From assembly GCA_046583195.1 (NCBI GenBank), contig JAYGCV010000021.1:11660-75659 (forward strand): DNA of 64,000 nucleotides. The letters are read 5' to 3'. This DNA is from Myxococcota bacterium. Lineage in GTDB: Bacteria; Myxococcota_A; UBA9160; UBA4427. The notes beneath the pieces were generated by a model. That model was not told where the DNA came from. It did not search any database and saw only the letters and a list, made by a program, of their open reading frames with translations. Each line of letters opens with the position of its first letter. Position 1 is the first letter of the stretch. The position numbers and the translations under genes were made by a program. This document shows positions 28,057-37,528 of the stretch, piece by piece.

Positions 28057-28100
28057 GAGAAGCCCGCAGGCCCCCAAACCTGCGGGCTTCTCTCGCTTTT
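28057..28100 (+). terminator. rho-independent terminator after the phasin gene
   Basis: GAGAAGCCCGCAGG (28057-28070), loop cccccaaa, then CCTGCGGGCTTCTC (28079-28092). This is a perfect 14-bp stem followed by tcgcTTTTc. Confidence 0.7.
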
Positions 28101-28156
28101 CGGCTAGCTTTCCCCGGCGCCGCCCGCTCCCTCGAGCGCGCCGCACCGGGGGTTTC

Positions 28157-29317
28157 TTGGCCGCGACTGATTTCCTGAAACTCGACACCACCCACTTCGA
28201 CGCCGAGGAAATCCTCGTTCGGGATTCCGTGGCTGCGTGGGTGTCGAAGGAGTTCATGCCCCGGCTGCAGGAGCACGTGCGTCAGGACGGCTCCTTCCCC
28301 ATGGAACTCGTCCCCCAGATGGCCGAACTCGGCATGTTCGGAGCCAACCTCGAGGGCTACGGCTGCGCGGGGATGAACAACGTGGCCTACGGACTGTTGA
28401 TGCAGGAACTCGAGCGCGGCGATTCCGGGCTCCGCTCCTTCGCCTCGGTGCAGGGCTCGCTGTGCATGTATCCGATCCACGCCTACGGCTCCGAAGAGCA
28501 GAAGCAACGCTGGCTCCCGGGGATGGCTGCGGGCGAATTAATTGGCTGCTTCGGCCTCACCGAACCCGATTTCGGCTCATTCGTCACCGGGATGCGGGCG
28601 CGCGCCGAGCGCAAGGGCGACCACTGGGTCCTCAACGGGACCAAGCGCTGGATCACCAACGGGTCGATCGCGCATCTCGCCATCATCTGGGCAACGACCG
28701 AGGAGGGCGTCCGGGGCTTCGTCGTGGAAACCGACAGCGACGGCTTCGAGAGTCGCGATATCAAGGGAAAATTCTCGCTGCGCGCATCGGTCACCTCCGA
28801 ACTCTTCCTACAGGACGTCAAAGTCCCCGAAGCCAACCGCCTCCCCGATGCCGCCGGCTTCCGGGGACCGCTCTCGTGCCTGACCCAGGCCCGTTACGGG
28901 ATTTCCTGGGGCGCCCTCGGCGCAGCCATGGCGTGTTACGAAGAAGCGCTCGACTACGCGAAGGAGCGCGAGGTGCAGGGCGGGCCGCTGGCGACGAAAC
29001 AGTTGGTGCAAGAAAAACTCGTCTTCATGCTCACCGAGATCACCAAGGGGCAGCTGCTATCGCTCCAACTCGGGCGCCTCAAGGACCGTGGCGAGATGCA
29101 TCCGACGATGGTGTCGATGGCAAAGCGCAACAACGTCGACATCGCGCTGCGGATCGCGCGCGAGGCCCGGGACATCCTCGGCGCCAACGGCATCGTCGAC
29201 GACTACCAGTCGATGCGCCACATGCTGAACCTCGAAACGGTGCGAACCTACGAGGGCACCCACGACATCCACACGCTGATCATCGGAGAGCACATCACGG
29301 GGATGCGAGCCCTGTAG
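28157..29317 (+). CDS. gcdH: glutaryl-CoA dehydrogenase
   Basis: TTG start. It is near-colinear with GCDH as I remember it: GYGCAG...AYGLL..ELERGDSG.RS, YGSEEQKQRWLP, GCFGLTEPD.GS, GKFSLRAS, LGRLKD, NLETVRTYEGTHDIHTLIIGEHITG. Confidence 0.9.
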   Translation: MAATDFLKLDTTHFDAEEILVRDSVAAWVSKEFMPRLQEHVRQDGSFPMELVPQMAELGMFGANLEGYGCAGMNNVAYGLLMQELERGDSGLRSFASVQGSLCMYPIHAYGSEEQKQRWLPGMAAGELIGCFGLTEPDFGSFVTGMRARAERKGDHWVLNGTKRWITNGSIAHLAIIWATTEEGVRGFVVETDSDGFESRDIKGKFSLRASVTSELFLQDVKVPEANRLPDAAGFRGPLSCLTQARYGISWGALGAAMACYEEALDYAKEREVQGGPLATKQLVQEKLVFMLTEITKGQLLSLQLGRLKDRGEMHPTMVSMAKRNNVDIALRIAREARDILGANGIVDDYQSMRHMLNLETVRTYEGTHDIHTLIIGEHITGMRAL

Positions 29318-29327
29318 CGATACGACC

Positions 29328-32153
29328 TTGAGCACCCTACTCGGTCTCATCTTTTTTCTCTCGGGCGCTTCGGCACTACTCTTCGAAACGCTGTGGTTCT
29401 TCCAGACGGGGCTGGCGCTCGGCAATTCGATCTGGGCTTCGAGCCTGGTGCTGGCCAGCTTCATGGCAGGGCTGGCCCTCGGCAACGGAATCGCCAGTCG
29501 CTTCGGCCATTGGATCCGGCGCCCGGTCGCGGTCTACGCCGGGCTCGAGGTGGTGATCGGCGTTTCGGGGGCCGGGCTCGTTTTCTTGCTGCCAGAGTTG
29601 ACCCCGCTGCTCGCCCCGATCCTCGGTCCACTCGTCGACGAGCCGACCCTGCTCAATTCGCTGCGGCTCGGGATCGGATTCCTCTTGATGCTGGTTCCCG
29701 CCACCGCGATGGGCGTCACCCTGCCGATCCTGGTGGCCGCGGTCTATGGCCGGGACCAGCGCTTCGGCCACGTCCTCGGGCGGCTCTACGGCTGGAACAC
29801 GCTGGGTGCGGTGGCGGGGGCCCTGTTGGGCGATGCCCTCCTGATCGGATGGTTCGGGATCGAAGGCTCTGCGCTCTTCGCCGCCGCGCTGAACGGGCTG
29901 GTCGCCGTGCTGGCGCTCTTCCTGTCGCCGCACCTTGGCGCCAGCCCCATCGAGAACGTCACCCCCTGGCGAAGGCGCATCTCGCGTCGAGGCTGGGCCC
30001 TGCTCGGCGCGGCCTTTCTCGCCGGGGGAGGGCTGCTGGCCCTCGAAGTGATCTGGTTCCGCTTCCTGCTGTTCTTCATTCCTGGCACGAGTTTCACCTT
30101 CGCGGTGATGCTCGCGGTCGTGCTCGCCGGGATCGGGCTCGGTGGCTTTGCCGGTTCGGCCCTGCTTTCACGTTGGCCCGAGGCGTTCCGGTTCTCGGGG
30201 ACCGTCGCGCTACTCGCGGGTGGCCTTGCGATCTGGCTCTACACCGGATTCGAGATCTTCCTGCCGGAGTCGGGGCGCATGCTGAAATCCGGCTTCGGGG
30301 ACATCCTCAGCCTGGCGCTTCCGCTGATGCTTCCCGTGGCCCTGTGTTCCGGCGCACTCTTTCCGTGGCTCGGCGAGGCCCTCCACCGCGAAATCGGGGG
30401 AGAAACGCGGTCCGCGGGCCTCCTCACCCTTGCCAATACAACCGGCGCCGCCATCGGTTCGCTGCTGGGCGGCTTCGTGCTGCTCCCCACCATCGGGGTC
30501 GAGGCTTCGCTGCTGGTTCTGGCGGGCGGGTACATCGGGACCGCCGCGCTGGCCTTCGCAGGCGGAGTGCGCCCACAAAAGCGCCTGGCGCGGTGGAGCA
30601 CCGCGGCCCTCGGCGCGGCGCTGCTTGCCAGCCTGGCCCTGTTTCCGCTGGGCCAGGCCCAGGATCGTTTCCTCGCCCGCGCGCTATCCGACTACGTCCC
30701 CCCCGAAAAAGTCATCTCGGTGCGCGAGGGCCTCACCGAAACCCTCGTCCACACCCGCCAGGAACTCTTCGGCGAAGCGCTCCACTACCGCCTGATCACC
30801 AACGGACACTCGATGTCGGCGACTTCGCTCGGTTCGCATCGCTACATGAAGCTCTTCGTCTATCTGCCCGTAGCGGTACACAAAGCGCCTCGCACTGCGC
30901 TGCTGATCAGCTTCGGCGTGGGCGGAACCGCGCGCGCTCTTGCGGATACCGACGAACTCGAGAGCATCGACATCGTAGACATCTCGCGGGATATCCTCGA
31001 GCTTTCGAGACTGGTGGCCTGGGATGCAAGCGAATCCACCGGGCGAGGGCGGACCCAATCGCCGCTCGACGATCCCCGCACCCAGGTCCATATCGAGGAT
31101 GGCCGATTTTTTCTGCAGACCACCGACCGGCACTTCGACATCATCACCGGCGAGCCGCCGCCGCCGAAGCTTGCCGGAATCGTCAATCTCTACACCCGCG
31201 AATACTTCGAGTTGATCCGAGAGCGTCTCGCGCCCGGCGGTGTCACCAGCTACTGGGTCCCCGTGCACTCGCTCCTGATCGACGACACCAAATCGATCCT
31301 CCGCGCCTTCTGCGATGTGTTCGCGGATTGCACGCTGTGGACCGGATCTGGAAGGGATTGGGTGCTGCTCGGTACCAAGGAGGGTCGGTCGAAGGTCGAC
31401 CGCGAACGCTTCGGACTCCAGTGGAGGAAGCCCTCCGTGGCGCGCGAATTGCGGGCGGTGGGCTTCGAAGAGCCGGGGCAGATCGGTGCTCTCTTTCTCG
31501 CCGATCACGACCAGATCGCCGCGATGACCGCCGACGTGCTGCCCCTCGTCGACGACTTTCCGAAGCGCCTCTCGAACCGGGTCGGCGGAAGCACCTACGA
31601 GGCCTGGATGAACCCAGTGAATACCCGGAAGCGCTTCATCAAGAGCCGCGTTCTGCGCGAGAGTTGGCCGCCGGAACTGATCGCCGAGAGCCTCCCCTAT
31701 TTCGACCAGCAGGACGAGATCAATCGCATTTTCGGCTACAAGGGCGGCACCAAACGGCCGGGTGTCCAGGGGAACTGGCTCCCGCGAATTCACGACCTCC
31801 TCACCGAAACCACGCTGCGCACCTTGCCCCTCTGGTTGATGGACAGCAGCGTCGACATCCAGCGCCTGGCCCGAATTGCCGCGCGCAAGGGCAGCACGAC
31901 CGGCCCGGTGCACTACCACCTGGGCGCCGGTGCCTTCGTCACCGGAAACTGGCGCGAGGCCTCTCGCCACTTCGGTCGCACGCTGGCACTCCAAGCCGAC
32001 CCCAATGTGCTCCCGTATCACACCTACGCTCTGTGCCGCGCGGGTTTCTCGGAACGCGGGCTTCGCCAACTCGCGGCCGTGCGCGCAGAGGCGGAATTTT
32101 CGGAAAATGCCGCACTCCTCTCGCTTCTCGAGAACATCTGCACGACTCCCTGA
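29328..32153 (+). CDS. fused polytopic membrane / spermidine-synthase-like (class I methyltransferase fold) protein
   Basis: TTG 29328, 10 nt after the gcdH stop. The first ~470 aa form many TM helices (FFLSGASALLFETLWF is typical of this fusion family). Then comes LLISFGVGGTARAL...IDIVDIS...IEDGRFFL...FDIITGEPPPP, a polyamine aminopropyltransferase-like Rossmann motif. A ~300-aa helical tail follows. The overlapping 1196-aa ORF 29393..32983 is a shadow frame. Confidence 0.75.
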   Translation: MSTLLGLIFFLSGASALLFETLWFFQTGLALGNSIWASSLVLASFMAGLALGNGIASRFGHWIRRPVAVYAGLEVVIGVSGAGLVFLLPELTPLLAPILGPLVDEPTLLNSLRLGIGFLLMLVPATAMGVTLPILVAAVYGRDQRFGHVLGRLYGWNTLGAVAGALLGDALLIGWFGIEGSALFAAALNGLVAVLALFLSPHLGASPIENVTPWRRRISRRGWALLGAAFLAGGGLLALEVIWFRFLLFFIPGTSFTFAVMLAVVLAGIGLGGFAGSALLSRWPEAFRFSGTVALLAGGLAIWLYTGFEIFLPESGRMLKSGFGDILSLALPLMLPVALCSGALFPWLGEALHREIGGETRSAGLLTLANTTGAAIGSLLGGFVLLPTIGVEASLLVLAGGYIGTAALAFAGGVRPQKRLARWSTAALGAALLASLALFPLGQAQDRFLARALSDYVPPEKVISVREGLTETLVHTRQELFGEALHYRLITNGHSMSATSLGSHRYMKLFVYLPVAVHKAPRTALLISFGVGGTARALADTDELESIDIVDISRDILELSRLVAWDASESTGRGRTQSPLDDPRTQVHIEDGRFFLQTTDRHFDIITGEPPPPKLAGIVNLYTREYFELIRERLAPGGVTSYWVPVHSLLIDDTKSILRAFCDVFADCTLWTGSGRDWVLLGTKEGRSKVDRERFGLQWRKPSVARELRAVGFEEPGQIGALFLADHDQIAAMTADVLPLVDDFPKRLSNRVGGSTYEAWMNPVNTRKRFIKSRVLRESWPPELIAESLPYFDQQDEINRIFGYKGGTKRPGVQGNWLPRIHDLLTETTLRTLPLWLMDSSVDIQRLARIAARKGSTTGPVHYHLGAGAFVTGNWREASRHFGRTLALQADPNVLPYHTYALCRAGFSERGLRQLAAVRAEAEFSENAALLSLLENICTTP

Positions 32154-32220
32154 TCCGAAACGAGACGCCAGCCGACGAAGGGGTTGACTCGAAGGGAGGC
32201 ACGACCGCTACAGTCGCCGG

Positions 32221-34677
32221 ATGGGCTTCGAGATCGATTCGCGCGTGCTCGAGCGCCTCGAGTGGCCCCAGGTCCAGGAGCGCCTGCATGGCCACTGCAG
32301 GCTGTCGCGCACCCGGCGCTGGGCCGAGACGCTCTCCGCATCGCAGCCTGCGGGCGACGATGCGAACGCGGCCACCGGCTCGCTCTTCGAGTCGGATCCC
32401 GAGCGCGTCCGGGGGCGGCTCGCAGAAACCCGGGAAGCGCGCCAGTTGCTCGACGCAGACTTCCTCCCCCCCTTCGGACACCCCCCGGATGTCGGCCCGG
32501 CTCTCGAACGCGCACGGCGCGGCGGAAGCCTCTCGGGCAGCGAGTTGCGCGGCATCCACTCGAACCTCGCCTGTCTTCTTGAGATGGGCCGCTACCTCGA
32601 TCGCCACAGCGAGACGATCCCGAACCTGCGGGAGGCCGTCGGCGAGTTCGCGGTCGACGCCCACCTCGCACGCGAGATCGAGACCTGCATCGACCCGTCC
32701 GGGGAAGTCAGCGATCGAGCCTCTCCCGAAATTGCGCGCAGCCGCAGGGAAGCCGCGAAGCTCGCCACTTCGATCCAGAAAAAACTCGGTAGCACCCTGC
32801 GCGATCCGAAGGTCGCGCCGCACCTCACCGATCACTACGTCACCCTCCGCAACGATCGCTATGTGCTCCCGGTGCGAGCCGATGCAAAGGGTCGCGTGCG
32901 CGGGATCGTTCACGACGCCTCCAATTCGGGAACTACGCTCTACGTCGAACCCCAGGCCGTGGTCGAACTCAACAACGAGCTGAAGCAGGCCGAACTGGCG
33001 ACGGCCCGCGAGGTCCTGCGCGTTCTGCGTAAACTCTCCTTGCGCGTTCGCGAAGCGACTCCCTCGCTCGAAGTCTCTCTGCAGAAGCTCGAGCACCTCG
33101 ACTGGGCGTTCGCCCGCGCGGAACTGTCCCGGGAGATGGACGCCGTAGAACCGGTAGAGAGCAAAGACGGCAGTTTCGAACTCCTCCAACTCCGTCATCC
33201 CCTCATCGATCCAGGGCAGTGCGTCCCCAACGACGTCCGCCTGGGGAGCGACTACCGGATCCTCGTTCTTTCGGGTCCGAACGCCGGCGGGAAGACCGTA
33301 ACGATGAAGGCCATCGCCCTCGCGGCGCTTTTCGTGCGGGCCGGTCTCTTCGTACCCGCGGCGCCTGGGGCCCGAATCCCCTTCGTCGATACGGTCCTCG
33401 CCGACATCGGCGACGAACAGGACATCCGCGAGAACCTTTCGACCTTCTCGGCGCACATGGCCAACCTGGCAAAGATCGCGCGCACCGCAACTGACGCGTC
33501 GCTCGTGGTGCTCGACGAGATCGGTGTGGGGACCGACCCCGGTGAAGGGGCGGCACTCGCCCAGGCGATTCTCGAGTCGCTTGCGGACCGCGGTGCGCGG
33601 GTGATCACGACCACGCACTACAACCTGCTGAAGGAGATGGCCGAAGTCGACGACCGCTTCTGCAACGCCAGCGTCGCGTTCGACCCCGATACCGGCGCCC
33701 CCACCTACCGTCTGCGCTACGACATCGCCGGAGCCTCGTCGGCCCGGGCGGTGGCCTCACGCATGGGAATGCCCCAGTCGATCGTCGATCGCTCCCACGC
33801 CCTGCTCGAACGCGATGATCGGCAGCTCGACCGGATGCTTCTCGAACTCGGCGCCAATCGCGCAATGCTCGAGCGCGAGCAGGGCGAGGCCGAGGCGGCG
33901 CGCGCCGAAAGCGAGGCGACGCGAGACGCGTACCGCGAAAGACTCGAGCGCTTGAAGGCCCAGCGCGAGAAACTTTTTCAGGCGATGCGAAGCGATCTCG
34001 ACCGGGCCTTTGGAGAGGCGCACGAGCAGGTGGCCGGGGTGATCCGCGAACTGCAGCGCGGGGGCAGGCGCACCACCGCCCAGGAGGCCGCGAAGGCACG
34101 CGAAGAGTTGCTCTCCATCGAGGTCCCGTTCGCCCCTGAAAGCGAAGTGGAGCGCGAGGCGCCAGCGGAACTTTTACGCGACCCGGTGGACTGGAACCGG
34201 ATGACCCCAGGCGACCCGGTCACGATTCCGGGGGGCGGAGAAGCATCGCTGCTATCGCTCCCCGATTCGCGCGGACGCGTGCGCGTGCAGGCGGGCAGTG
34301 CGCGCATCGAATTATCGGCCGAATCGATTCGCAGCGTTGCCCGGTCGACGTCGAAGCCGGACCCGGCGACGCTTCGAACCGACACCCCTGCGGTCACAGA
34401 GACCGAGGAGTCCCTGTCCGGGGGAAACGTCGAAATCGCGCTACGCGGATTGCGCGTCGACGAAGCTCTCCATGCGGCCGAAGACGCCCTCGACCGTGCC
34501 GCACGAGACTGTTCGGATACCGTGACCTTCATCCACGGAATCGGAACCGGGGCCCTGCGAGAAGCCATCCACGGTTTCCTGCGAAGCTCCCCCTACGTGG
34601 CAGACTTTCGCAGTGCCGAGCGAAACCAGGGGGGCGCAGGCGTCACCATCGCCGTGCTCCGCGGTGCAGAGGAATAA
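32221..34677 (+). CDS. mutS2: endonuclease MutS2 (MutS-family ATPase with C-terminal Smr domain)
   Basis: 818 aa. Motifs: LSGPNAGGKTVTMK (Walker A), LVVLDEIGVGTDPGEGAAL, TTTHY and a long coiled coil. The C-terminal Smr domain reads IALRGLRVDEAL...FIHGIGTGALREAI. Confidence 0.9.
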   Translation: MGFEIDSRVLERLEWPQVQERLHGHCRLSRTRRWAETLSASQPAGDDANAATGSLFESDPERVRGRLAETREARQLLDADFLPPFGHPPDVGPALERARRGGSLSGSELRGIHSNLACLLEMGRYLDRHSETIPNLREAVGEFAVDAHLAREIETCIDPSGEVSDRASPEIARSRREAAKLATSIQKKLGSTLRDPKVAPHLTDHYVTLRNDRYVLPVRADAKGRVRGIVHDASNSGTTLYVEPQAVVELNNELKQAELATAREVLRVLRKLSLRVREATPSLEVSLQKLEHLDWAFARAELSREMDAVEPVESKDGSFELLQLRHPLIDPGQCVPNDVRLGSDYRILVLSGPNAGGKTVTMKAIALAALFVRAGLFVPAAPGARIPFVDTVLADIGDEQDIRENLSTFSAHMANLAKIARTATDASLVVLDEIGVGTDPGEGAALAQAILESLADRGARVITTTHYNLLKEMAEVDDRFCNASVAFDPDTGAPTYRLRYDIAGASSARAVASRMGMPQSIVDRSHALLERDDRQLDRMLLELGANRAMLEREQGEAEAARAESEATRDAYRERLERLKAQREKLFQAMRSDLDRAFGEAHEQVAGVIRELQRGGRRTTAQEAAKAREELLSIEVPFAPESEVEREAPAELLRDPVDWNRMTPGDPVTIPGGGEASLLSLPDSRGRVRVQAGSARIELSAESIRSVARSTSKPDPATLRTDTPAVTETEESLSGGNVEIALRGLRVDEALHAAEDALDRAARDCSDTVTFIHGIGTGALREAIHGFLRSSPYVADFRSAERNQGGAGVTIAVLRGAEE

Positions 34678-34688
34678 TCCCCGAAACC

Positions 34689-35360
34689 ATGCTCGGTACC
34701 CGATTCGGTTTCACCGCTGTCGCCTTTTTCGCGGCACTCTGCTTCTCGGCAGGGCTGCTCGGAGTGCCCGCCGCCAGCAGCGACCAGGCCTTCGACGGCC
34801 ATCGCACCGTGGGCGTTCGCAAGTGCGCGACCTGCCACAAGAAGAAGACCCTCGGAAACCAGCTCGCCGCGTGGCGGGCCGCGCCCCATGCACGCGCCTT
34901 CGAGACCCTCTCGAATGCGGAATCCCGGGCGCTCGCAGAAGCTGCCGGGCTCTCGCTTCCGCCGAACCAGGCCCCGGAGTGCCTGCGCTGTCACCAGACG
35001 GGTTTCGGCTTGCCCGAGGCGGCCTTTGCCTACGAAATCGATCCCGCGGACGGCGTGCAATGCGAGAGCTGCCACGGACCCGGGCGCGACTACCGCAAGA
35101 AAAAGATCATGTCGGACCCAAAGAAGGCGCACGCCAAGGGGCTCTTCGACAGCGACGACCCCGCGATCTGCACCGCTTGCCACAACGCCGAAAGCCCGAC
35201 CTTCGACCCCGATCGCTTCCTCCTCGCCGATGGAACCCGCTCGGCCTTCGACTTCGAAGTAGCGAAGAAGAGCATCGCTCACCCGATCCCCGAAGCGACG
35301 AAGGGTCACTACCTCGAGATCGAGAAGAAGTTGAAGGCCCAGGGGAAGAAGGTCGAGTAG
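34689..35360 (+). CDS. secreted tetrahaem c-type cytochrome
   Basis: Signal peptide (FGFTAVAFFAALCFSAGLLGVPAASS) and four CXXCH motifs: CATCH, CLRCH, CESCH, CTACH. The segment CxxCH...W...PHA.AF..L resembles multihaem cytochrome c554-like families. Confidence 0.85.
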   Translation: MLGTRFGFTAVAFFAALCFSAGLLGVPAASSDQAFDGHRTVGVRKCATCHKKKTLGNQLAAWRAAPHARAFETLSNAESRALAEAAGLSLPPNQAPECLRCHQTGFGLPEAAFAYEIDPADGVQCESCHGPGRDYRKKKIMSDPKKAHAKGLFDSDDPAICTACHNAESPTFDPDRFLLADGTRSAFDFEVAKKSIAHPIPEATKGHYLEIEKKLKAQGKKVE

Positions 35361-35368
35361 CCCGGCGG

Positions 35369-37528
35369 CTACTCGTAGAGCGACGCGAAGTCGACCTCGA
35401 CCTCCACCGTGAAGGTGTGAACCGTCTCGCTGGTGTCGAGGAAACCATCGGGGTGGGTGTCGTCGAAGTCCTGGAGCCGGTAGCCCCACCCGAGAGTCAC
35501 GGCCTTCGTAAGCCTGTACTCGATGTCGGTCTCGAAACCGACGATCCGGTTATCGAGCCGGTTCGCCGCGTCGAGCACCGCCCCAGTCGAAGAGTTTCGC
35601 GAGAGATCGGCACGCGTCCAGGTGAGCGAGACCGCCGCACCGACGGAAACGGCGCTCCCGATGGGATGGCGTCCGCCCACCGCCAACGAATAGACGTCGC
35701 TCTCGTAACGCTGGTCCGAGTCGATGAAGAGGTCGTTCGAGACTGCGCCGCTCGAACGCGGCAACTGGATCCGCAGGTGATTCCAGTCCTGGCCGTCGTG
35801 GTGCTGGGTGTAGTGGGCGAAGACACTCAGATCACCAATGGGAACCGCGGCGAGCGAAACGTTGTAGCGCCAGTTCAGGCGCTGGTACTCCTTCGATCGC
35901 TCGGTGCTCGCGGTGAGCGACCAGCCCGGGGCCTTCCCCGAACGCACTCCACCGGACACCGAGAGCGTGAGCGGGACCGCGACGGGAAACGTGTAACTCG
36001 CGCGAGCGTCCGCGTAGACCGCCTTCGAGAGTTCGTTGGGATACGCGGTTTCAGGCCCCCAGTCGTATCCCAACTCGCCTTCGAGCCGCAGCGCTCGACT
36101 GCGCAGGTGCCCCGCGAGATAGAAGACGTGGTGCAGGCTGTTCGGACCGACGAGAGCCAAGCTCTTCGGAACGCCATCGGTGGCAAAACGCAACTTGCGA
36201 TGGCTGTAAGCCGCGCGGTAGCCGAAGGCGGCCCGCACCCCCGAGCGCGGCCGAAAACCGAACTCGACGTTCGCCCCCAGTCTCCCCAGGTCGCGGATGT
36301 AGGGCGAATCCTGGGCGGCGAGCGGGGTGACTCCGGGGCCGAGTTGATTGACATCGATGCCGTTGTGGAGGTGAAACCACTTCGCGAAGCCGGTGACGTC
36401 GAAGCGCTCGGTCAAAGGCCAGTCGAAGCTGCTCCACAGCGAATAGCTCGTGCGATCGTTGTCGCCGAGCGACGCGGCCTGCTGCCCCGGCGTCTTGCGA
36501 CCCACCTGGGAGAGATGCGTGAGGGTGGCGCCTCCCTGCAGGCTCGCGGCGCCCCAGCGTCGCGAGAAGTCGAGCCTTCCGGCGACGCGGTCGGTGTCGG
36601 GAACGAAGTCCAGGGCGACTTCGCGCCCGGGCAGGAGTTCGGCGGTCTGGAGCGGGGCGTCCTCCCGGAACGATTGGAAATTTGCGCGCAGCGCGGTGGT
36701 CCACTTCGGGACGGGCTGGAAGACGAGCCCACCCCCCCCCGTCGTGATCTTCTGGTCCAGCTTGCGGCGGCGCCCCTGGTAGCCGGTGGTTCCGCCGGGG
36801 CCCGGCGTGCAGGCGAGGCACATGCTGTCCTGCCGGTATCCGCTGCGCGTTTCGTAGTCGCCGTAAAGATCGATCTGATCGAGGAAGGGAACCTCCCAGT
36901 CAAAGCCCTCCGGGCGAAGCGAGACCTCTCCACCCACGTTCTGCCGGCGAATCCAGAAGCGGTTGTCCGCATCGAAGATCGCGGCGTTCGGCACGTCGGG
37001 GTTGTAGATCGAACCAAAGCAGCAGATCCCTCCGAACTGGGTCTCGCCGGTGCCTTCGGGAAATGCGCGCAAGTAGTCGCCCTGGTAGCGACGCCACTCA
37101 CCTTCGACCTCGAGGCCCTTCCAGTCGAGGTCGAAGAAGCCGCGTTCGTTGAGCGCGTTCGGGCTCCAGCGTTCGAGCCTGAGAAGCCAGGTGTCGTCGC
37201 TGCGGCGAAGCCCCAAGTTCGCGTGGAAGAGATCGACGAAGTACGGGGGACGGCCGCCCTGGTTGCGGATATAGCGCCACTGATCGAAAAAGCCCGACAC
37301 GTTCGACGAATCGAAGGGGGCACTTACCAGGTAGAGGTGCGCGCCCAGGGTGGCCTTCGCTTCGAAACGAAGGCTCTCCTCCTCTTCGTCATCTTCTGCC
37401 GCCACGATCATGGCGGGGGCCAGGCAGAGGACGGCGAAAAAGGTGCCCGCTGCGATTCGAAGCCGCGCGATTCGAAGCCGCGAGGCGCTAAGCCCATTCG
37501 GCGCGGTGCTAGTAGCGGAGTTTCGCAT
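35369..37528 (-). CDS. large outer-membrane beta-barrel, MtrB/PioB-like (decahaem-associated porin candidate)
   Basis: 719 aa, ATG 37528, with signal peptide ...AAGTFFAVLCLAPAMIVAAED. Amphipathic beta-strand patterning runs throughout (AVTLGWGYRLQDF, IVGFETDIEYRL, HTFTVEVEVDF). No TM helices and no cofactor motifs. It lies immediately downstream of the decahaem gene and overlaps it by 20 nt. Size and gene order match the MtrAB/PioAB/MtoAB paradigm. Family membership is not verifiable by eye. Confidence 0.65.
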   Translation of the reverse strand: MRNSATSTAPNGLSASRLRIARLRIAAGTFFAVLCLAPAMIVAAEDDEEEESLRFEAKATLGAHLYLVSAPFDSSNVSGFFDQWRYIRNQGGRPPYFVDLFHANLGLRRSDDTWLLRLERWSPNALNERGFFDLDWKGLEVEGEWRRYQGDYLRAFPEGTGETQFGGICCFGSIYNPDVPNAAIFDADNRFWIRRQNVGGEVSLRPEGFDWEVPFLDQIDLYGDYETRSGYRQDSMCLACTPGPGGTTGYQGRRRKLDQKITTGGGGLVFQPVPKWTTALRANFQSFREDAPLQTAELLPGREVALDFVPDTDRVAGRLDFSRRWGAASLQGGATLTHLSQVGRKTPGQQAASLGDNDRTSYSLWSSFDWPLTERFDVTGFAKWFHLHNGIDVNQLGPGVTPLAAQDSPYIRDLGRLGANVEFGFRPRSGVRAAFGYRAAYSHRKLRFATDGVPKSLALVGPNSLHHVFYLAGHLRSRALRLEGELGYDWGPETAYPNELSKAVYADARASYTFPVAVPLTLSVSGGVRSGKAPGWSLTASTERSKEYQRLNWRYNVSLAAVPIGDLSVFAHYTQHHDGQDWNHLRIQLPRSSGAVSNDLFIDSDQRYESDVYSLAVGGRHPIGSAVSVGAAVSLTWTRADLSRNSSTGAVLDAANRLDNRIVGFETDIEYRLTKAVTLGWGYRLQDFDDTHPDGFLDTSETVHTFTVEVEVDFASLYE
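37452..37481 (-). repeat. perfect 15-bp tandem duplication inside the barrel gene's signal-peptide n-region
   Basis: The plus-strand unit gcgattcgaagccgc occurs at 37452-37466 and again at 37467-37481. The duplication is in frame and encodes the repeated ...RLRIA-RLRIA... in MRNSATSTAPNGLSASRLRIARLRIAAGTFF. Confidence 0.9.

Noticed and set aside
29393-32983. Very long plus-strand ORF (1196 aa) in the track
   Set aside because: The translation is overwhelmingly Arg/Pro/Ala/Gly with no hydrophobic core or motifs. It is an alternative frame of the spermidine-synthase-like gene and of mutS2, both of which have clear family motifs. This is a typical high-GC shadow ORF.
35369-37528. CXXC motif as an MtrB hallmark
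   Set aside because: The barrel candidate contains CLAC and a CC pair, but they lie ~230 and ~170 residues into the protein. In Shewanella MtrB, as I recall, the motif is near the N-terminus. I do not use it as evidence for family membership.
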